64,000 nt of DNA, taken from positions 17,272 to 81,271 of the IMG/VR virus record IMGVR_UViG_3300010430_002753; one strand, 5' to 3'. Shown one piece after another: positions 60,164 to 64,000 of this stretch. Under the pieces are notes generated by a model. The model had not been told where the DNA came from, made no database searches, and saw only the letters and a program-made list of their open reading frames with translations. Each line of letters begins with the position of its first letter. The stretch's first letter is position 1. This DNA comes from a virus. A program made the position numbers and the translations under genes.

Positions 60164-62887
60164 TTATATAGTATCTATACTTTCAGCTATTCTAGATTTT
60201 AAAGAACCAGCTCTATTTTGTGCTAACGTTAATTCCATCAATTCAGCTAATTTATCCATTCTTGCTATTAATTTTTCTATATTAGTAGAATTAGTTTGCT
60301 GTGTTGAAGTAGCAGAAGTTGTTTTTTGTGCAGTATTATCTGTTGCGTCTGTTTGTTGTGTAGAAGTAGTTGTTGTGCTTACATTTACAGACGGTGATAT
60401 ATTTTGTCCAAACGCTAATTTTTCTATAAATTCAAATGCTAATTTAAACGGTGTTATAATAGCTAAATATATTCTATCAAATATTTTTATTATTGTTTCT
60501 AATATAGGCGTGAATACTCCAATAATTGCCTTTGAATCCCATACTGTATGTAAAAATAAAAAATCAAATGCATGCACAAACGGATCTATTAAAGCTAAAA
60601 ATATATTTTTTCCAAATCCTTTTAATGTTTCAATTATTCCAGTCATAGCTTTAGTTATAGCACCATTTATAACATCTTTAAACTTAATATATAAAGCTCC
60701 GCCAATCCAACCTATAGGACCAATTAATATAGTCTTCCAATTATCTTTAAAGAAATCATATAATTTTAAAAATAATCCTTTTAATGTTTCAATTATTCCA
60801 GTCATAGCTTTAGTTATAGCATTGTTTATAACGTCTTTAAACTTAATATATAAAGCTCCACCAATCCAACCTATAGGACCGAGTATGGCACCTATTAATA
60901 TAGTTTTCCAATTATCTTTAAAGAAATCATATAATTTTAAAAATAATCCTTTTATTTTTTCTGGTATATCTTTTATAAATTCCCATGCAGACATAAAAGC
61001 ATTTTTAAGTGATTCACCAATTCCTGGAAATTTTTTATATAATAAAACTCCTATACCTATTAATGCACCAATTGCTAAAACTATTAACGTTATTGGCCAT
61101 ATTGCTGCGTTAACTGCTACAGCAAATCCAGTCATTACACCAGTTGCTATTGTAGTTGCACTAGATAATACTAATGTTGCAGCAGATTTTGCATACATTG
61201 CTACAGTTGTTCCTATTAATTGAGCTTTTTCTAAAGCGTATAAACCAATTAATTGTAGTGTAACAATATTATCTTTAATATTTGCTGCTATTTTTGCATA
61301 CGTTGCAGTTGTTAGTGCTATAGTACTCATAGTAGTTCTAATTAATGACCCTTCTAATAAAATAAAAGATGCAGTTAAAATTCCAATAGGTATTTTTAAA
61401 ATATTTAATACTTTTATTAAACCTGTTAACATATCTAATAATTTAGCCAATCCTGATAATAAAGGAATAATAGCAGTTGCAGCTACTACACCAAAAGCCT
61501 TTAATGACATAGTTAATCTACTAAAAGAATCTTGTGTATCTTTCGCACTTATAACGTCTTTCATAGATAAACCTTCTGATAACGCCTTGTTAATAGAAAT
61601 TTGTTTCGTGTTTAATTTTAATAAAGTTTTTTGCCTATTTATTAATTTAGCGGTTTCAGATTCTGTTAATCCTACTGCTTGTGCTATTGCATCTTTTTGA
61701 ATAAAATTTAATTTATCCCATTCAACTTGTTTTCCAAGCTGATTAGTTATTTCTTTCATAGCTTCAAGATGTTTTCCACTAAATGATAATTCTCTTGCTT
61801 TATTAAAACTAATATCTTTTCCTAATATAACACTAGCTTGTAATTCGGATGCTATTGAACTTTCAAAATCTAATAAATGTTCAGTTGTTTTTGCAACTGT
61901 TGATAAACTAAGACCTAATTGTCTTGCATATATAGCAGCATTTATTATATTTTGACCAGCTTCTTTAGAATATTTAGCAAAGAAATTAGTATTTTCTGCT
62001 ATATCTTGCATCACTAATGCAGGAGCTACATCATTTATTTCGGCTGTTCTTTTAGCTGCAGCTAATAAATTTATAGCAGATTCTTTTGATGATTCACTTA
62101 TATTCTGAAATAAATCTAATATAGAAACAGACGTACTTGCACTTATACCTAATGCTTTACTAAATATACTTATATCAGTTAATAATTTTTTATTAATTTT
62201 TTCTGTTGCACCTAATGTAGATTCTAAAGCTATAGTTGTTTCTACAATTTTTTCCATTTCTATTCCATATAATAATGTAGTAGAATATGTTTTTTTCATA
62301 GCTTTGTCTAAATCTTTAGAATAATTTACAGATAATCCTAAATTTGTTCTTAAACTTGCAGAAGCTCTATCTATTTCTTTTATTATATTTAACAGTACTG
62401 CATTTATATTTTTAGTTGCTTTTGCTGATGCTTCTCTATTTAATTCTATTTCTTCTAATTTATCATTAATAGATTTTTGTTTTAGTAATTCATTACTTGT
62501 TTGTAATAACATTTCTAAATATCTTGAATGTGTTCCACTTATTACACCTGATATTTTTCCACTTTCTAATTTATATTCAGTTATTAATTCTTCATAAGAA
62601 ACTTCTTTTCTTAAACCACTCAAAATTTCTTTTTGTAATTTTTTTTCTATTTTAAATAATGCATTAACTTGTTTAGTATTATCATATCTATCTTCAGAAA
62701 ATGATTTAATATCTTTATTTATAGATTTTAATAATTTAGCTGATAAATTTAATTTATCTTCTTTTGCTATAATTTTTTTTAATACTGTATCTCTTTTATT
62801 ATCTATATCTAATATTGATTTATTCATATTTAAATAATCTAATTTAGATTGTAATAACTCTCTAGCAGTATCCTTTTTTTCAGCCAT
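60164..62887 (-). CDS. Tail tape measure protein
   Basis: 907 aa helical and Ala-rich with hydrophobic and Trp-periodic repeats; LDFESSIASELQASVILGK motif; follows the chaperone pair. Confidence 0.85.
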   Translation of the reverse strand: MAEKKDTARELLQSKLDYLNMNKSILDIDNKRDTVLKKIIAKEDKLNLSAKLLKSINKDIKSFSEDRYDNTKQVNALFKIEKKLQKEILSGLRKEVSYEELITEYKLESGKISGVISGTHSRYLEMLLQTSNELLKQKSINDKLEEIELNREASAKATKNINAVLLNIIKEIDRASASLRTNLGLSVNYSKDLDKAMKKTYSTTLLYGIEMEKIVETTIALESTLGATEKINKKLLTDISIFSKALGISASTSVSILDLFQNISESSKESAINLLAAAKRTAEINDVAPALVMQDIAENTNFFAKYSKEAGQNIINAAIYARQLGLSLSTVAKTTEHLLDFESSIASELQASVILGKDISFNKARELSFSGKHLEAMKEITNQLGKQVEWDKLNFIQKDAIAQAVGLTESETAKLINRQKTLLKLNTKQISINKALSEGLSMKDVISAKDTQDSFSRLTMSLKAFGVVAATAIIPLLSGLAKLLDMLTGLIKVLNILKIPIGILTASFILLEGSLIRTTMSTIALTTATYAKIAANIKDNIVTLQLIGLYALEKAQLIGTTVAMYAKSAATLVLSSATTIATGVMTGFAVAVNAAIWPITLIVLAIGALIGIGVLLYKKFPGIGESLKNAFMSAWEFIKDIPEKIKGLFLKLYDFFKDNWKTILIGAILGPIGWIGGALYIKFKDVINNAITKAMTGIIETLKGLFLKLYDFFKDNWKTILIGPIGWIGGALYIKFKDVINGAITKAMTGIIETLKGFGKNIFLALIDPFVHAFDFLFLHTVWDSKAIIGVFTPILETIIKIFDRIYLAIITPFKLAFEFIEKLAFGQNISPSVNVSTTTTSTQQTDATDNTAQKTTSATSTQQTNSTNIEKLIARMDKLAELMELTLAQNRAGSLKSRIAESIDTI
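60615..60944. repeat. Tandem near-identical duplication (about 159 + 171 bp) in the tape measure gene
   Basis: GLFLKLYDFFKDNWKTILIG...AITKAMTGIIETLK occurs twice; the copies differ by a 12-nt indel and a few substitutions. Confidence 0.9.
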
Positions 62888-62942
62888 ATTATTAAAATTT
62901 CCTTTTATTTATTTTCTATATATAAATATTACGATATAAAAA

Positions 62943-62968
62943 AAGATTCAAGCGTTAACTTGAATCTT
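62943..62968 (-). terminator. Intrinsic terminator-like hairpin
   Basis: AAGATTCAAG/CTTGAATCTT stem followed by a T tract. Confidence 0.65.
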
Positions 62969-62974
62969 ACATAT

Positions 62975-63235
62975 TTATCTTTTTGGAGGTTTACTTATCT
63001 TACTTTTATTAGTATTACTATTTTTTTCAGCATCTTTTTTTGATTGATCTTGATCATGTTTCATCTTCATAATACAAAATTTTCTTATATTAATTGGCAT
63101 ATTATAAACTTCATACCAAGATGTTCCATTAGAATTAAAAGCTATAGTTGATACTTCTTCATATAGTAATCTTTTATAATTATTTGGAAGGCCAAAGAAA
63201 GTCTTTCCCCATTGGTAAAGGGATTTCCTCCTCAT
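62975..63235 (-). CDS. Second ORF of the tail assembly chaperone pair, probably expressed by frameshift
   Basis: Overlaps the upstream gene end in the +1 frame; SWYEVYNMPINIRKF motif; no clear RBS. Confidence 0.7.
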   Translation of the reverse strand: MRRKSLYQWGKTFFGLPNNYKRLLYEEVSTIAFNSNGTSWYEVYNMPINIRKFCIMKMKHDQDQSKKDAEKNSNTNKSKISKPPKR

Positions 63236-63959
63236 TCTCGCAAGAGTTACACATAAAATTTATATCAGTTATTAATTTTGGTGCAACATCAACCATATAT
63301 CCTCTTAATTTTAAAGAATCAATTGAAGGTAATTGTCCTTCTATAAATAAGTCTTTATCATTACCAATTAAATCATTAATAGAAATAACTTGTTGTTTTA
63401 ATCTTGTAGTAATAGATGGATCTACACCGCTTTCTTTATACATCTTTGATTTATGTTTAATAGAATTTTCTATTGATAACATATCACCAATCGTCATTAA
63501 TTTAAATTTAACATTTGATTTACTTCTTGGTAATATAAATTCAAATTCATTTTTATTCTTTGTAAATTTATCAAAATCAAATTCTTCATTGTCAAAATTA
63601 TTTAAATCTATAGATAACTTACTTTTTGTATCACAATTTGGACAAGAATATTTTACTTTATAATCTGATCCATACGCCATAATTCTTCCTGCAATTAATA
63701 ATGCATTAAAATCGCATTCTAATATATCATTCAATTTAATACCAACAGTGGCTATTAATGATCTAATAAATTCATATATAACTGTTCCATTTTGTATTAA
63801 TTTTTTAGATGTTAAAATATCTTCTTCTCTAGCTGTTGGATATTTTAAATCTATATACCCTTGTGCTAATTTAGAATCTTTTGGATAAAAATGTCCTTTA
63901 GATGGTAAATAAATTTTCTCTGTAGGATAATCATATTTTACTGTAGATTGGTTACTCAT
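63180..63959 (-). CDS. Tail/baseplate hub assembly chaperone (T4 gp26-like)
   Basis: LPSKG.FY, TAREEDILT, RIMAYG, CPNC, LPRSK and CNSC motifs; immediately upstream of the tape measure gene. Confidence 0.78.
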   Translation of the reverse strand: MSNQSTVKYDYPTEKIYLPSKGHFYPKDSKLAQGYIDLKYPTAREEDILTSKKLIQNGTVIYEFIRSLIATVGIKLNDILECDFNALLIAGRIMAYGSDYKVKYSCPNCDTKSKLSIDLNNFDNEEFDFDKFTKNKNEFEFILPRSKSNVKFKLMTIGDMLSIENSIKHKSKMYKESGVDPSITTRLKQQVISINDLIGNDKDLFIEGQLPSIDSLKLRGYMVDVAPKLITDINFMCNSCENEEEIPLPMGKDFLWPSK

Positions 63960-64000
63960 TATTTCTCCTTATTATTTTTATGTATTTATTATAAATATAG

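Noticed and set aside
60375-61223. 282-aa plus-strand ORF
   Set aside because: Antisense shadow of the hydrophobic tape measure region; no RBS or promoter. The same applies to the other plus-strand ORFs in the track.

Overview
A 64 kb, very AT-rich segment of a large tailed-phage genome, probably a myovirus or jumbo phage. Essentially every real gene is on the minus strand. In transcription order (right to left) it holds: a tail/baseplate module (chaperone pair with a probable frameshift, tape measure, tube initiator, LysM wedge, hub); a replication module (short PolA, gp32-like SSB, RecA/UvsX, 5'-3' exonuclease, DnaB-like helicase, DHH protein, class II RNR); an accessory region with CCA-adding enzyme, Prs-like protein and GroEL; an array of 21 tRNAs plus 2 aberrant tRNA-like genes and several structured non-coding inserts, one about 470 nt long; a virion-decoration/LamG cluster; and a second accessory region (Thg1, HAD, vWA, metallophosphatase). 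The main unexplained signal is a set of 14 small accessory proteins, mostly with HRLDGPA-type repeats but two without, that end in the same C-terminal peptide, N-I-x-R-N-L-K-L-L-N-K-[K/E/V]. They sit in cassette-like units bounded by a repeated TTTTTTAGTTGACA sigma70 promoter. All calls were made by eye from motifs; no database searches or folding programs were run.
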